From the NCBI GenBank assembly GCA_020049775.1, contig JAGVLO010000014.1, forward strand, positions 65,945 to 129,944: a stretch of DNA of 64,000 nt. Reading direction: 5' to 3'. Origin of the DNA: Alphaproteobacteria bacterium (GTDB lineage Bacteria > Pseudomonadota > Alphaproteobacteria > Rickettsiales > SXRF01). The notes below the pieces were generated by a model. It was not told the DNA's origin. It worked only from the letters and a program-made list of their open reading frames with translations, and did not search any database. This document shows positions 1 through 9,144 of the stretch, piece by piece. A program made the translations under genes and the position numbers. The first letter of the stretch is position 1. Every line of letters begins with the position of its first letter.

Positions 1-2901
1 GCTATCGGATTCGGACTCATTACTGTTGACTAATACACCCTGACTGCTTTCACCTGTGGATAGTGGAAAATTGTTCTGAGGGCTAAGAGTTTGAAACATG
101 CGGGCCACTTCTGTTGATGGCACATTGTTTGTTGATGCGACTTGCACTACTCCATTGAGTGTGACTACACCGCCGCTACTGGCAGTGAGTGTTATATTGC
201 TAACGTTAATAGTACCCGCTCCGCCGGAGGTCATGGTGATATTACCGCCAGCAGCCGTACGGCTGGTATTGATAGCACCCGCTGATGCTGAGGTAATATT
301 GCCATTAGTGGTAGCCAGTGTAAGACTGCGGTCTGCCGCCAGCGAGAGTATGTCCCCCTTGAAATCCAGGGTAATAGAATTCGTTGCCTGAAGGGAAATA
401 TTGGCTGATTGGCTCAGTCGCTCAAGGTAACGTGTGGTAAATACCGAATACCCATCCGCAGCCGTGGCTTTTGCTACTTCTGTAGCGCCTGTACCCGGAG
501 GAGTAAGCGCGATTCCCCATTTTGCTGATTGGTATTGTTCAACCAGATTGCGAGAAGTGTCTGAAAGCACAGAATTGTATGTTATCGATTCATAATATTT
601 CATGTTAGCATGGTAAGCGCCCTGACTGCGTGCGCCCACATAATTATCGGCGGTATCTGGAATTGATACCCCCGTCCCTGTCTGAGTACCCTGAGCGCCG
701 TTAATCCAAAGATTCCCTGTATCGGCAGCATTATTTAGCACACCGCTCATAATGATATTATTGCCAACTTGATTAGAGCTAAGCCGCATTAGCTCACCGA
801 CCGCAATGACTTCAGGATGTCCTGTGCTGGCAAACATTCTAAATTCAACTTGCCCTGGGGCATAAACCCAAAACATGGGATAATTTAATGCGCTTACTTC
901 TTGTAACGCATGGAAGCCGCTTAGGTTATTCCCAGAGACTCCACTACTGCCAAGACTGAAGGACGCTTTAACCAATAAATCATCAACTCCGTCAAATACG
1001 GCAATCGCCTTACCGTTCTGTCCATTACCAATCCATAATGGCATCCTAGACTCTGTTGTTTGAATTGTCGTATTATTCTGTGCAGATTTGTCGGTAATTT
1101 GGCTGACCAACCCACGATAGACCGTGCTACCACTGTAATTTTGCGTGAGGTTGCTGCTCAAGGTAATCGTTGTGCCGCTGATAGCACTTATGATGTATGT
1201 GTCTGCACCAATAGTATCAGCCGTTGTCACGCTACCAGCTGATCCAAGCCTTATGCGCACACCAACAGCAAGATTTGCAGAGACGTCGGTTGATGTGGTT
1301 ATTGTATTGTTTCCGGAAGTACCAGTTGCTGTGGCAGCCGACAGAGCATCTGTTGAATAGGTGAGTGTTACTTTAGTGGTATCACTAACATCCAACCATT
1401 GGCGCAACGAGCTACTCAGATTTATGCCACCATCCGTACTCACAAAAGCCGGATCCACATTGCCGTAGATGGTGATGTCGTTCGGGTCGAGGAAGTAGGT
1501 ACCCTTTCGCCCGTTGCTGGCAGTCAGGTCAACATACCCCTGTGCATCAAGATATTGATGGCCTGAAGTTTCAACAAAACCACCATCACCCGCGTTGCCA
1601 CCTTGTGTTGCATTCCATGTCAACGCATCAACAGCTAAGCCACCCAGTGCCCTTGCATACACATTGCCGTAAAACTGCGTGGACCCGTCACTCCAGAAAA
1701 TAGTGCGTCCGGCGTCACCGGTGAACAATGATTCATTCAGGATCAATGCTCCCGAATCCACATACAGGTTTTGTGCCGTCGGCGTGTCGCCTTGCCCGAG
1801 ATAATCACCGCCAATGCGTATATCCCCGCCGGCGGATCTCTCACGGTATGCCGATACCGCTTTGCCCGCAGTGGTACCGGATACGCCTGTGTGACCGGAA
1901 GCGTCAATAATCGTGCCATTCAGAAGCGCCACATTATCGCCGGTTACGGTAATCTTCCCGCCGCTCTCACCGGCCTTGCGGCCTGAGGCATCCAGCACAC
2001 CGGATACCAGTACCGTGCTGTTGCCTTTTTTCTTACCCTTACTTCCCGAATTGTTGCTCTTAACTGCGTTGCTGCCCTCAGCGAATATAATAATCTCGCC
2101 ATTGCGTTCGGCAACGCTTGTGGCCTCTATAATCCCCTCCATATTGATTACGCTGTTCACCATTTCACTGGCGGCAGCGGCAGTCATGATAACCTGTCCG
2201 CCGTTAGCAGAGATGATACCGCTATTGCGGACCAGCTGGCTGGTGACAGCATCGCTTGCTTCCAGTGAAACCAGCCCGTCGCCATACAAATCGAGGGCAA
2301 ATGTATCCCCCGAGGCAAGCTGCACCTTGCCCAGTTTTGCCTGTATGTAGCCATCATTTATTACATTCGGTGCAATCAGTGCGACTAAACCTGCATCAGC
2401 GGCCGTGACGATACCTTGGTTCACTATCCCCGCGTTCGGATTGCCCGCGATATAAAAACGGTCGTCGCCAGCCATAAAGCGTTCTGTTGGAATATCAGCG
2501 CTGGTAGCTACTATGCTGCCAACATTGATCTGTGCTGATGGGCCTATAAACACACCATTTGGATTCACCAGCATCAAGGTGCCGTTGGCAGTGAGATTAC
2601 CGAGTAGTTGCGAAGCGCCCATGCCACCTGTCACGCGGTTGAGTGTGACTGATGACGCAGACGGCTGCTGAAACACCACATGCTCGCCAGCAGAAATATC
2701 GAAATTCTGCCAGTTGATGACCGCACGCTGCGTGGATTGTTGTACCGTAAGTTGTGAACCTGCCGACGATATACTGGCAGCCCCGCCCACCACTTGCCCA
2801 CCCTGTGGTAACGCGTGCGCTGGTTCTACAGCAAGCAATCCGATTGCGGTAATTGCTGTAGTCATTTGCAATTTAAAGAGATGCCTTTGCTGTTTACTCA
2901 C
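1..2901 (-). CDS. Filamentous-haemagglutinin-family (two-partner-secretion TpsA-type) exoprotein, N-terminal ~967 codons; the 3' end lies beyond the left window edge
   Basis: Absent from the ORF track because no stop codon falls inside the window. I checked every in-frame triplet of this minus-strand frame from 2958 down to 1 and found no stop. The upstream in-frame stop is at 2959-2961. Candidate starts are GTG 2901 or ATG 2865. The N-terminus (V/M)SKQQRHLFKLQMTTAITAIGLLAVEPAHA looks like a signal peptide. It is followed by AVINWQNFDISAGEHVVFQQPSASSVTLNRVTGG...GTLMLVNPNGVFIGPSAQINVGS, the TPS/haemagglutination-activity domain signature (NRV, NPNG). The plus-strand ORFs at 98-2944 are shadows of this gene. 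Confidence 0.85.
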   Translation of the reverse strand, partial: MSKQQRHLFKLQMTTAITAIGLLAVEPAHALPQGGQVVGGAASISSAGSQLTVQQSTQRAVINWQNFDISAGEHVVFQQPSASSVTLNRVTGGMGASQLLGNLTANGTLMLVNPNGVFIGPSAQINVGSIVATSADIPTERFMAGDDRFYIAGNPNAGIVNQGIVTAADAGLVALIAPNVINDGYIQAKLGKVQLASGDTFALDLYGDGLVSLEASDAVTSQLVRNSGIISANGGQVIMTAAAASEMVNSVINMEGIIEATSVAERNGEIIIFAEGSNAVKSNNSGSKGKKKGNSTVLVSGVLDASGRKAGESGGKITVTGDNVALLNGTIIDASGHTGVSGTTAGKAVSAYRERSAGGDIRIGGDYLGQGDTPTAQNLYVDSGALILNESLFTGDAGRTIFWSDGSTQFYGNVYARALGGLAVDALTWNATQGGNAGDGGFVETSGHQYLDAQGYVDLTASNGRKGTYFLDPNDITIYGNVDPAFVSTDGGINLSSSLRQWLDVSDTTKVTLTYSTDALSAATATGTSGNNTITTSTDVSANLAVGVRIRLGSAGSVTTADTIGADTYIISAISGTTITLSSNLTQNYSGSTVYRGLVSQITDKSAQNNTTIQTTESRMPLWIGNGQNGKAIAVFDGVDDLLVKASFSLGSSGVSGNNLSGFHALQEVSALNYPMFWVYAPGQVEFRMFASTGHPEVIAVGELMRLSSNQVGNNIIMSGVLNNAADTGNLWINGAQGTQTGTGVSIPDTADNYVGARSQGAYHANMKYYESITYNSVLSDTSRNLVEQYQSAKWGIALTPPGTGATEVAKATAADGYSVFTTRYLERLSQSANISLQATNSITLDFKGDILSLAADRSLTLATTNGNITSASAGAINTSRTAAGGNITMTSGGAGTINVSNITLTASSGGVVTLNGVVQVASTNNVPSTEVARMFQTLSPQNNFPLSTGESSQGVLVNSNESESDS

Positions 2902-3052
2902 TGCCAATGCCTGTGCAGATAGGTTTACATTAGCCACAACATAACAAAAATAGATTAATCAATGGTTTAACAAAAATTGAGCGGCAGTAGCCAAAGGCTT
3001 GATAAATAACCGGTTGCCGGATGCATGCTTGGTAAAAGCAGACAAATACTGT

Positions 3053-4522
3053 CTAGCGTCCACCAACTCCAACACCTGCAACTGGTGCTGGCTGGTTTGG
3101 TGTTGCAGCAGGGCCTGACGGGCTATTACCCATACCAGGCATAATAGATGTATTGCCTGTTGGACTGCTTCCGGTGAGCGACATACCCGCGACATTACCT
3201 AACAATGAAGCGGCGGCAGCAAGTTGCTTCATGACATCCGGCGACATTCCGGGCATAGACGGAACGCCCGGCGCCTGCACGGGCGGTGCCATGCCGGTAA
3301 TCTGGCCGATAGTATTTGCCAGCCCTGGATTTTCATTGGCAAGTTGTGTAATGGCTGTCATCACTTGGGGAATCTGTTTTGCAACTTCGGTAACAACATT
3401 CATCAATGCCGGATTCTGTGCAGCAAGCCCTACAATCGTTTTCATCATCTCTGGATTTTGCGCAGCAAACTGCATCACCGATTTCGAAAGTTCAGAATTC
3501 TGTGTAATCAATTGCATCAATGCCTGATTCTGTGTGGCCATACGGCTCATGGAATTCATGAGTTCCGTATTCTGCGTCAAAAAGCCCATCATCTGCGGAT
3601 TTTGCGTCGCCACTTCAGTCACGGTTTGGAGCAATTGAGGGTTTGCGGCAGCCACCTTCACGATTGAACCCATAAGTTCCTGATTGCCTGCGATCGCATT
3701 CATCAGCTGCGGATTCTGCTGCGCAATCTTTAGCGCGCCATTCATCAGTTCAGGGTTGTTGGTGGCAATCTGCAACACTTGTGGATTCTGCTGTAATACT
3801 GATAGCAACTGGGGATTAGAAGAAACCAGCTGCATGCCTGTAGTGACCAATGCAGGATTTTGTGCAGCAAATTGCATTAATTGCGGGTTGTTTGCACCAA
3901 ACTGCACCGCCTGCGGATTCTGTGCAGCAAAAGTGACCAGGTCTGGATTTTTTGCTGCAACATCCACCATAGCTGGGTTTTCAGCAGCAAATTTTACAGC
4001 TTCAGGATTATCTGCGGCCAAGCGCACAAGCTCAGGATTCTCAGCCGCAATTCTCACCAACTCAGGATTGTCGCGGGCAAACTTCACTGCTTCCGGATTA
4101 TCATCTGCAACGCTGGCCATGCGCCCTGTCTCCCCGGGTACAGCTTGCGCTGCCCAAGTCGCCGTTGGGTTATTTGCCGCGCGTCGAACCATGTCCGGAT
4201 TATTTGCTGCATAACGCAGCGCCTCCGGATTTTCCCGGGCAAGCCTGACGAGTTCAGGATTTGCCGCAGCAGTCTTTACCGCATCCGGGTTGGATGCCAC
4301 GAATTGCAGCGCTTGTGGATTTTGAGAGGCAAGACGCACCAATTGCGGGTTATCACGCGCTACCTGCATTGCTTGCGGATTATTTGCGCCAAACTGTATG
4401 GCCTTATTGGTCATTTCCGGATTGGCAGCGGATGACTGCACTACAGGCGGATTGCCAGTCAGAAACTGCACAAACTGGGTTGCCTGTTCAGGGGTAATAT
4501 TGGTCTGGGTAGGTGCGTTCAT
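3053..4522 (-). CDS. Hypothetical protein made of ~30 tandem 10-residue (some 14-residue) 'NPxx(V/M/L)xxAAx' repeats, with a Gly/Pro/Ser/Met-rich C-terminal tail
   Basis: 489-aa ORF. N-P dipeptides fall at residues 48,58,...,118 and 142,152,...,222 with exact 10-residue spacing, then alternate between 10 and 14 residues up to about residue 400. There is no N-terminal signal peptide and I recognise no family. Confidence 0.7.
   Translation of the reverse strand: MNAPTQTNITPEQATQFVQFLTGNPPVVQSSAANPEMTNKAIQFGANNPQAMQVARDNPQLVRLASQNPQALQFVASNPDAVKTAAANPELVRLARENPEALRYAANNPDMVRRAANNPTATWAAQAVPGETGRMASVADDNPEAVKFARDNPELVRIAAENPELVRLAADNPEAVKFAAENPAMVDVAAKNPDLVTFAAQNPQAVQFGANNPQLMQFAAQNPALVTTGMQLVSSNPQLLSVLQQNPQVLQIATNNPELMNGALKIAQQNPQLMNAIAGNQELMGSIVKVAAANPQLLQTVTEVATQNPQMMGFLTQNTELMNSMSRMATQNQALMQLITQNSELSKSVMQFAAQNPEMMKTIVGLAAQNPALMNVVTEVAKQIPQVMTAITQLANENPGLANTIGQITGMAPPVQAPGVPSMPGMSPDVMKQLAAAASLLGNVAGMSLTGSSPTGNTSIMPGMGNSPSGPAATPNQPAPVAGVGVGGR
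3293..4423 (-). repeat. Degenerate 30-nt (partly 42-nt) coding tandem repeat underlying the decapeptide repeats
   Basis: The periodicity is read from the protein (residues ~34-410). It also produces several long shadow ORFs on the plus strand (3153-4497). Confidence 0.75.
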
Positions 4523-4663
4523 TTATATCCGGTCGCCACTTCTAGGCTTCTGATTACTATCAACTATACCATACCGCCATTGAATTTAATGTTAATAATT
4601 GATTACAAAAAACAGCGTATCAAATTTATTGTTTATATATAACAATAAATTAGCCAATAAAAT

Positions 4664-4697
4664 AAAAACCAGCCCCGGGACACTGGGGCTGGTTTTT
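4664..4697 (-). terminator. Bidirectional rho-independent terminator downstream of the 4724-5773 gene
   Basis: aaaaa-CCAGCCCC-gggacact-GGGGCTGG-ttttt. The 8-bp GC-rich stem is at 4669-4676/4685-4692, flanked by an A-run and a T-run, so it reads as a terminator on either strand. Confidence 0.75.
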
Positions 4698-4723
4698 GTT
4701 ACTTTTGGAGAAGCAGGCAACTA

Positions 4724-5773
4724 TCAGCTAATCGTGCCGCGCTGCTTTTCGTTAGAGGCGGTAGCTGGTACAGAACCCATATCCGGACCGTTACTTTCTA
4801 TCACTTCACCAAGCGAAAAATTGCTGGCCTGTGCGCCTTTGAGATCCAGTTTCTTCGATTTATATTTTTCACGGAGCTGGTTCAATTCCGTACTGGCAGA
4901 TTGCATACGGCGCAAATCTTCCTTGGCGCTGTGATATTCAAAATGCATCTCGGCCTGCTTTGCAGTAAACGCCATGGTACGCGGAAGCGCGGAATCATTC
5001 TTTTCCATGACATCCTTAAGGCGCGTCACCTCTTCAGAAATAGCCTTTTCCATGTGATAGCGGTTTGTGCCGACGCTATAATCAACACGCCCGTTCACGT
5101 AGGTTGCGCCGAGTTTTTTAAGTTTTGGCTCGAGCATTTTTTCAGCAGTCAGAAGATTGCTGAGATTTTTCATATCCGGCTTGAAGGTTTTTTCTGTCTT
5201 CTCGTATAAACGGGAAGTTTCAATAATCACCTCGGCATCGGCTTTTATGATATAAGCCGCAACCGCAGGAACAATAACCGCAGCAGCAGCAACACCTGTC
5301 GCGGCTCCGGCAGTTAGTGCGCCGCCGCCAATGGCAGTATTCGCAACTACGCCAGTCGAGGTCAGCACGCCGGGAAGTGTGCCTACGAGATTCTCTGCAA
5401 CGACAGCGGCAGTACGCTGCAATTTATGGGTTGTGCCATCTTCTTTATGTATTTCATATGCACCTTCCAGCACGGAAAGTACCCAGCCAGCCTTCTCTAA
5501 GCGGCCATGGATTTTAGCCAGCTTTTCAGGTGAAACCTTAATCTGAACCAGGCCTTCCTTGCCTGATTTAAGCAATTTGCTGATGGTAGGTCCTAAATCA
5601 CGCTCAAGTTCAGCGATCTGCGCAGGCGTCACCGTCTTTGACTGCAGCACAAGATTAACTCCATGCTCAGCAACAAACTGAGCGGGCTTAGCGGTACCTA
5701 TCGTTTTATCAATGGGGGTTTTTTTTGGTTCTTGCGTCATGTTTGTACTCCCTGTTTTTTGTTTTTGTAGCAT
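4724..5773 (-). CDS. Hypothetical membrane protein with one long central Ala/Gly/Val-rich hydrophobic segment
   Basis: 349-aa ORF followed by a terminator. It has a central stretch of ~55 hydrophobic residues (AAVVAENLVGTLPGVLTSTGVVANTAIGGGALTAGAATGVAAAAVIVPAVAAYII) between charged, helix-prone flanks. No family recognised. Confidence 0.55.
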   Translation of the reverse strand: MLQKQKTGSTNMTQEPKKTPIDKTIGTAKPAQFVAEHGVNLVLQSKTVTPAQIAELERDLGPTISKLLKSGKEGLVQIKVSPEKLAKIHGRLEKAGWVLSVLEGAYEIHKEDGTTHKLQRTAAVVAENLVGTLPGVLTSTGVVANTAIGGGALTAGAATGVAAAAVIVPAVAAYIIKADAEVIIETSRLYEKTEKTFKPDMKNLSNLLTAEKMLEPKLKKLGATYVNGRVDYSVGTNRYHMEKAISEEVTRLKDVMEKNDSALPRTMAFTAKQAEMHFEYHSAKEDLRRMQSASTELNQLREKYKSKKLDLKGAQASNFSLGEVIESNGPDMGSVPATASNEKQRGTIS

Positions 5774-6068
5774 TAACCATGAGGGATTATCATGATAACA
5801 CGAAGCGTGGATTTCTGTATGTGAACTATTTGTGGCATACCATTATATTTAAATATATCATACAGATATATTGTTTTCGCGCAGCCATGCCGCCGTCCTA
5901 TAAATTGAGTAATTTTTTTAAAATTAAACCCCAAGCCCTGTATCAATTCGGGAAACAAAATCATCATGAATTTGTCACATTCATAATTAAAAAGGCGTGT
6001 TAACAATCTACAAAAATTAAGAAAAGAAACAGGATTATCGCAATTGTACGCACAAAGGGAGTATAGCC

Positions 6069-7979
6069 ATGTCAGGCACGGTACGTTCACGCCTTGGTAA
6101 AGGCGAAGATTTAAGTGAAGAACAAAAGAGATTGTGGCAGCAGGTAGAGGTTTATCAGGCCGATATCACCCTGAATACAGGCGGCCAGCCCGCAAAATTC
6201 AGCTATCATGGCGTAGATAAAAAAACCGGTGAAATGATTCACTACCGTGACTTTGAAAAGCGCAAAGATGATTTGCTGCGCGATGACAAAGGACGCAAGC
6301 TTACACCAGATGAATATCTGGCTACAAAGGAAGGCTGGGGTCGCACCGTCCACAAGCAGTCTAAAGATGAAAAGCTTGTGCTTAATGCTAATATCGGCAT
6401 CCGCACGAGCGGCAAGGATGCACTGGATATTGTGCTGGTGGAAACCACAAAAAACCCGCCGCTGGGTTATGAAGATCAATATGGCGGTAAGCACGAATTT
6501 GGCGACACAAGGCGCTGGGAATACCAGATAAGCCGCAAAGGTGTTGATAAATCCAAGGCTGAAAACATCCTCAAAGTGCCTGTGTACAGTAATGTGGGAG
6601 AAGGGCTGCTCGCGGAGATAGGTAATGCCGGATCGACCTATACCTCGAAAGACCTGACCACCAAAAATTTCAAACCGCAAAAAGTAACGCGCCGCGCCGA
6701 CGATATAGAGATTATATTCCCTGACCCAAAAACACACGGCGTTGCGCTATTTGTAGTTGAGCGCGACTCATTCGAGATGTTTGCAGACAAAAAAGCCTAT
6801 CGCGGCGGCAGCATCGTGATACCGGAAGGAAGCAAGGACCATGTACGTGGCGGCTTCCGTAATATGCATGTGCAGCTGAAGGGCGCAGGAGATGGCTGGG
6901 GCGAAATACTCTATAGCGCACCCGAAAGCGGCCGTACTGCTGAAGACAAAAAAGCACTTGAAGGCACGATTTATGAGAAACCTGCCATGGCACAGGATGA
7001 AATCATATTCAAAGAACGCGACAGGGATGGAAAAGACAAAGTGATAGAAAAACTTTCCGCGCCAGCCATAGATGCCGTATCCATGGTGCCGGAAGGCGCT
7101 ACTATCAGCGTAGCCAGCAATACGGGCTATGGCGCAAGCGTCACTTTTAACGGCAAGTCACTCAAGATACCTCCAACCAACGGCGGAAATAGCAGCCTGA
7201 ACGCATGGGAATGTCCGCCCGCATGGCTGCATGGCCCGGGGCCAAAAGGCACGACGGATTTAAGCGGGCTGGACGGACGCATCGTGCTTTCCGGCGGTGG
7301 CACGGTGAAGTTATCACAAAAACCTATCCAGAACTGGTGGTACACCGACCTCATATTGACAGGCGGCAGCAAAGAGAAGACGACATACACTATCGAAATT
7401 CCGGAGTTCGACGATCCCAAGCTAAAGCTGGACCTCATCAAAGAAAATCCGCGTAAGTTTAAGCTGGATCGCTATCCGATGCCGGGAGTCACCACCGTTC
7501 CGCTGACCTACCCGGATGGTACTACTGTGAATAAAATGCAAACGGAGAACGATGTTATTTTCATCCGTGGCACTAACATTGAAGTACGCGTCAAGCAAGG
7601 CGATAAAACCCGCGTCATCTATGATTCAGACGATCCGCAATATAACAAGCAAAGCGGCATCAATAAACCGAAGGGAACAGGCATCGGCACAGCCGCTGCG
7701 CTGGCACTGGCAAGTGCTGATGGTGAAGCCATCACCTCGCGCCGTGGATTCCTTGGTGCTGCCGCAGCTTTGGCAGGAAGCGCACTAGTTGGCGACGGCG
7801 ATGATGCAGCAAAGACCAAAGGCGGCCTGCATGTCGAGGAGTCGCGCATCAAAGCACCCGACCCCGCAACCGCATCAATTGCAACGCTGATGCCTGACAT
7901 CAGAATCGGGGGCAATGGCAAAATTGCCATGCTCAAAACCCCTATAATGCATGGGCAGGCACGCGCAGCGGGCGGCTAG
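6069..7979 (+). CDS. Hypothetical protein (636 aa), ORFan by eye
   Basis: Long ORF in a clean frame after an AT-rich intergenic region (5774-6068). No motif recognised apart from a C-terminal hydrophobic, Tat-like stretch SRRGFLGAAAALAGSAL. Confidence 0.55.
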   Translation: MSGTVRSRLGKGEDLSEEQKRLWQQVEVYQADITLNTGGQPAKFSYHGVDKKTGEMIHYRDFEKRKDDLLRDDKGRKLTPDEYLATKEGWGRTVHKQSKDEKLVLNANIGIRTSGKDALDIVLVETTKNPPLGYEDQYGGKHEFGDTRRWEYQISRKGVDKSKAENILKVPVYSNVGEGLLAEIGNAGSTYTSKDLTTKNFKPQKVTRRADDIEIIFPDPKTHGVALFVVERDSFEMFADKKAYRGGSIVIPEGSKDHVRGGFRNMHVQLKGAGDGWGEILYSAPESGRTAEDKKALEGTIYEKPAMAQDEIIFKERDRDGKDKVIEKLSAPAIDAVSMVPEGATISVASNTGYGASVTFNGKSLKIPPTNGGNSSLNAWECPPAWLHGPGPKGTTDLSGLDGRIVLSGGGTVKLSQKPIQNWWYTDLILTGGSKEKTTYTIEIPEFDDPKLKLDLIKENPRKFKLDRYPMPGVTTVPLTYPDGTTVNKMQTENDVIFIRGTNIEVRVKQGDKTRVIYDSDDPQYNKQSGINKPKGTGIGTAAALALASADGEAITSRRGFLGAAAALAGSALVGDGDDAAKTKGGLHVEESRIKAPDPATASIATLMPDIRIGGNGKIAMLKTPIMHGQARAAGG

Positions 7980-9088
7980 GCCGCTTTTGCCTCCGCAAAC
8001 GGATAGTCGGTGTATCCCTTTTCTTCGCCGCCATAAAATGTGCTGCGGTCATAGCGCGTGAGCGGTAGGTTTTTCTGCAGACGCTCCGGCAGATCAGGGT
8101 TGGAAATAAACAGGCGGCCGAACGCCACTGCGTCAGCCGTGCCTTTTCCGACGACATCTATGGCATTCTCGCGGGTATAGCCGCCTGCCGAAATGAATAC
8201 GCCATTAAACGGCTTACGGAATAAGTCAGAAGTGCATGGCGCATCGCGCATCACTTCATCCGTGCCGCCAGCAGAAGTAGAGCGCGGCTCAATCACATGC
8301 ACATAAGCAATGCCGCGTTTGCTGAGCTGCTCCATGACGTAGGTGAAGAGTGTAACGGGGTTGCTATCATGCATGTCGTTGAACGTGCCATAAGGAGAAA
8401 GCCTGACACCTACACGGCCTTTGCCATACACGCCGACCACCGCATCCATAGCTTCCAGCAGGAAACGCGCGCGGTTTTCAATCGAGCCACCATACTGGTC
8501 TGTGCGCTGGTTAGAGCCGTCCTGCAAAAACTGGTCAAGCAGATAACCATTGGCACTGTGGACTTCCACACCGTCAAAACCTGCGGCCTTTGCATTTTCA
8601 GCCGCTTTTTTATAATCCGCAACGATACCGGATATTTCTGATCTCTCGAGCGCACGCGGGGTTTCCAGCGTAACCGGCTTCCAGTCAGCAGAAAATGTAC
8701 CGCTGTTTTTCGGCTGTATGGCAGAGGCCGATACCGGTAACCCGCCATTCGGCTGGTGCGAGCTGTGCGACACGCGCCCCACATGCCATAGCTGCAGGAA
8801 AATCTTTCCGTCCTTGGCATGCACTGCCTGCGTTACTTTTTTCCAGCCTTCTACCTGCTCCGGCGAATGGATGCCTGGGGTAGCGGGATAGCCCTGCCCC
8901 TGCTGCGAGATTTGCGTAGCTTCCGAAATAATCAGACCCGCCGATGCACGCTGCGCATAATACTGCGCGTTCAGATCATAGGGAATATTCCCCGGCTGCT
9001 TGCTGCGCATGCGCGTCAACGGCGCCATGATAACGCGGTTTCTAAGTGTTAGGTCGCCCATTTTCAGGCCTTCAAATAAACTGGTCAT
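7976..9088 (-). CDS. Old Yellow Enzyme family NADH:flavin oxidoreductase (N-ethylmaleimide/alkene reductase type)
   Basis: LRNRVIMAPLTRMRS..., GFDGVEVHSANGYLLDQFL and RTDQYGGSIENRARF are typical OYE/NemA signatures. Length is 370 aa. Confidence 0.9.
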   Translation of the reverse strand: MTSLFEGLKMGDLTLRNRVIMAPLTRMRSKQPGNIPYDLNAQYYAQRASAGLIISEATQISQQGQGYPATPGIHSPEQVEGWKKVTQAVHAKDGKIFLQLWHVGRVSHSSHQPNGGLPVSASAIQPKNSGTFSADWKPVTLETPRALERSEISGIVADYKKAAENAKAAGFDGVEVHSANGYLLDQFLQDGSNQRTDQYGGSIENRARFLLEAMDAVVGVYGKGRVGVRLSPYGTFNDMHDSNPVTLFTYVMEQLSKRGIAYVHVIEPRSTSAGGTDEVMRDAPCTSDLFRKPFNGVFISAGGYTRENAIDVVGKGTADAVAFGRLFISNPDLPERLQKNLPLTRYDRSTFYGGEEKGYTDYPFAEAKAA

Positions 9089-9144
9089 AAACTCCTCATG
9101 CTTTCATACAATGTTATATAATATGGTTTCGGGCCATCTGCAAA

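Noticed and set aside
98-2944. Eight plus-strand ORFs (60-145 aa) with low-complexity Leu/Pro/Ser/Ala-rich translations
   Set aside because: They lie antisense to an uninterrupted 2958-nt minus-strand frame encoding a clear TPS-domain haemagglutinin-like protein. They are shadow ORFs of that gene.
3293-4423. A ~30-nt periodicity that could suggest a CRISPR array or non-coding tandem repeat
   Set aside because: The units are degenerate and contiguous, with no unique spacers. They are in frame inside a 489-aa ORF, and the periodicity is conserved at the peptide level.
3153-4497. Five long plus-strand ORFs (78-184 aa) with Cys/Phe/Ile-rich repetitive translations
   Set aside because: They are antisense shadows created by the 30-nt periodic coding repeat of the 3053-4522 gene. 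Their composition is implausible for real proteins.
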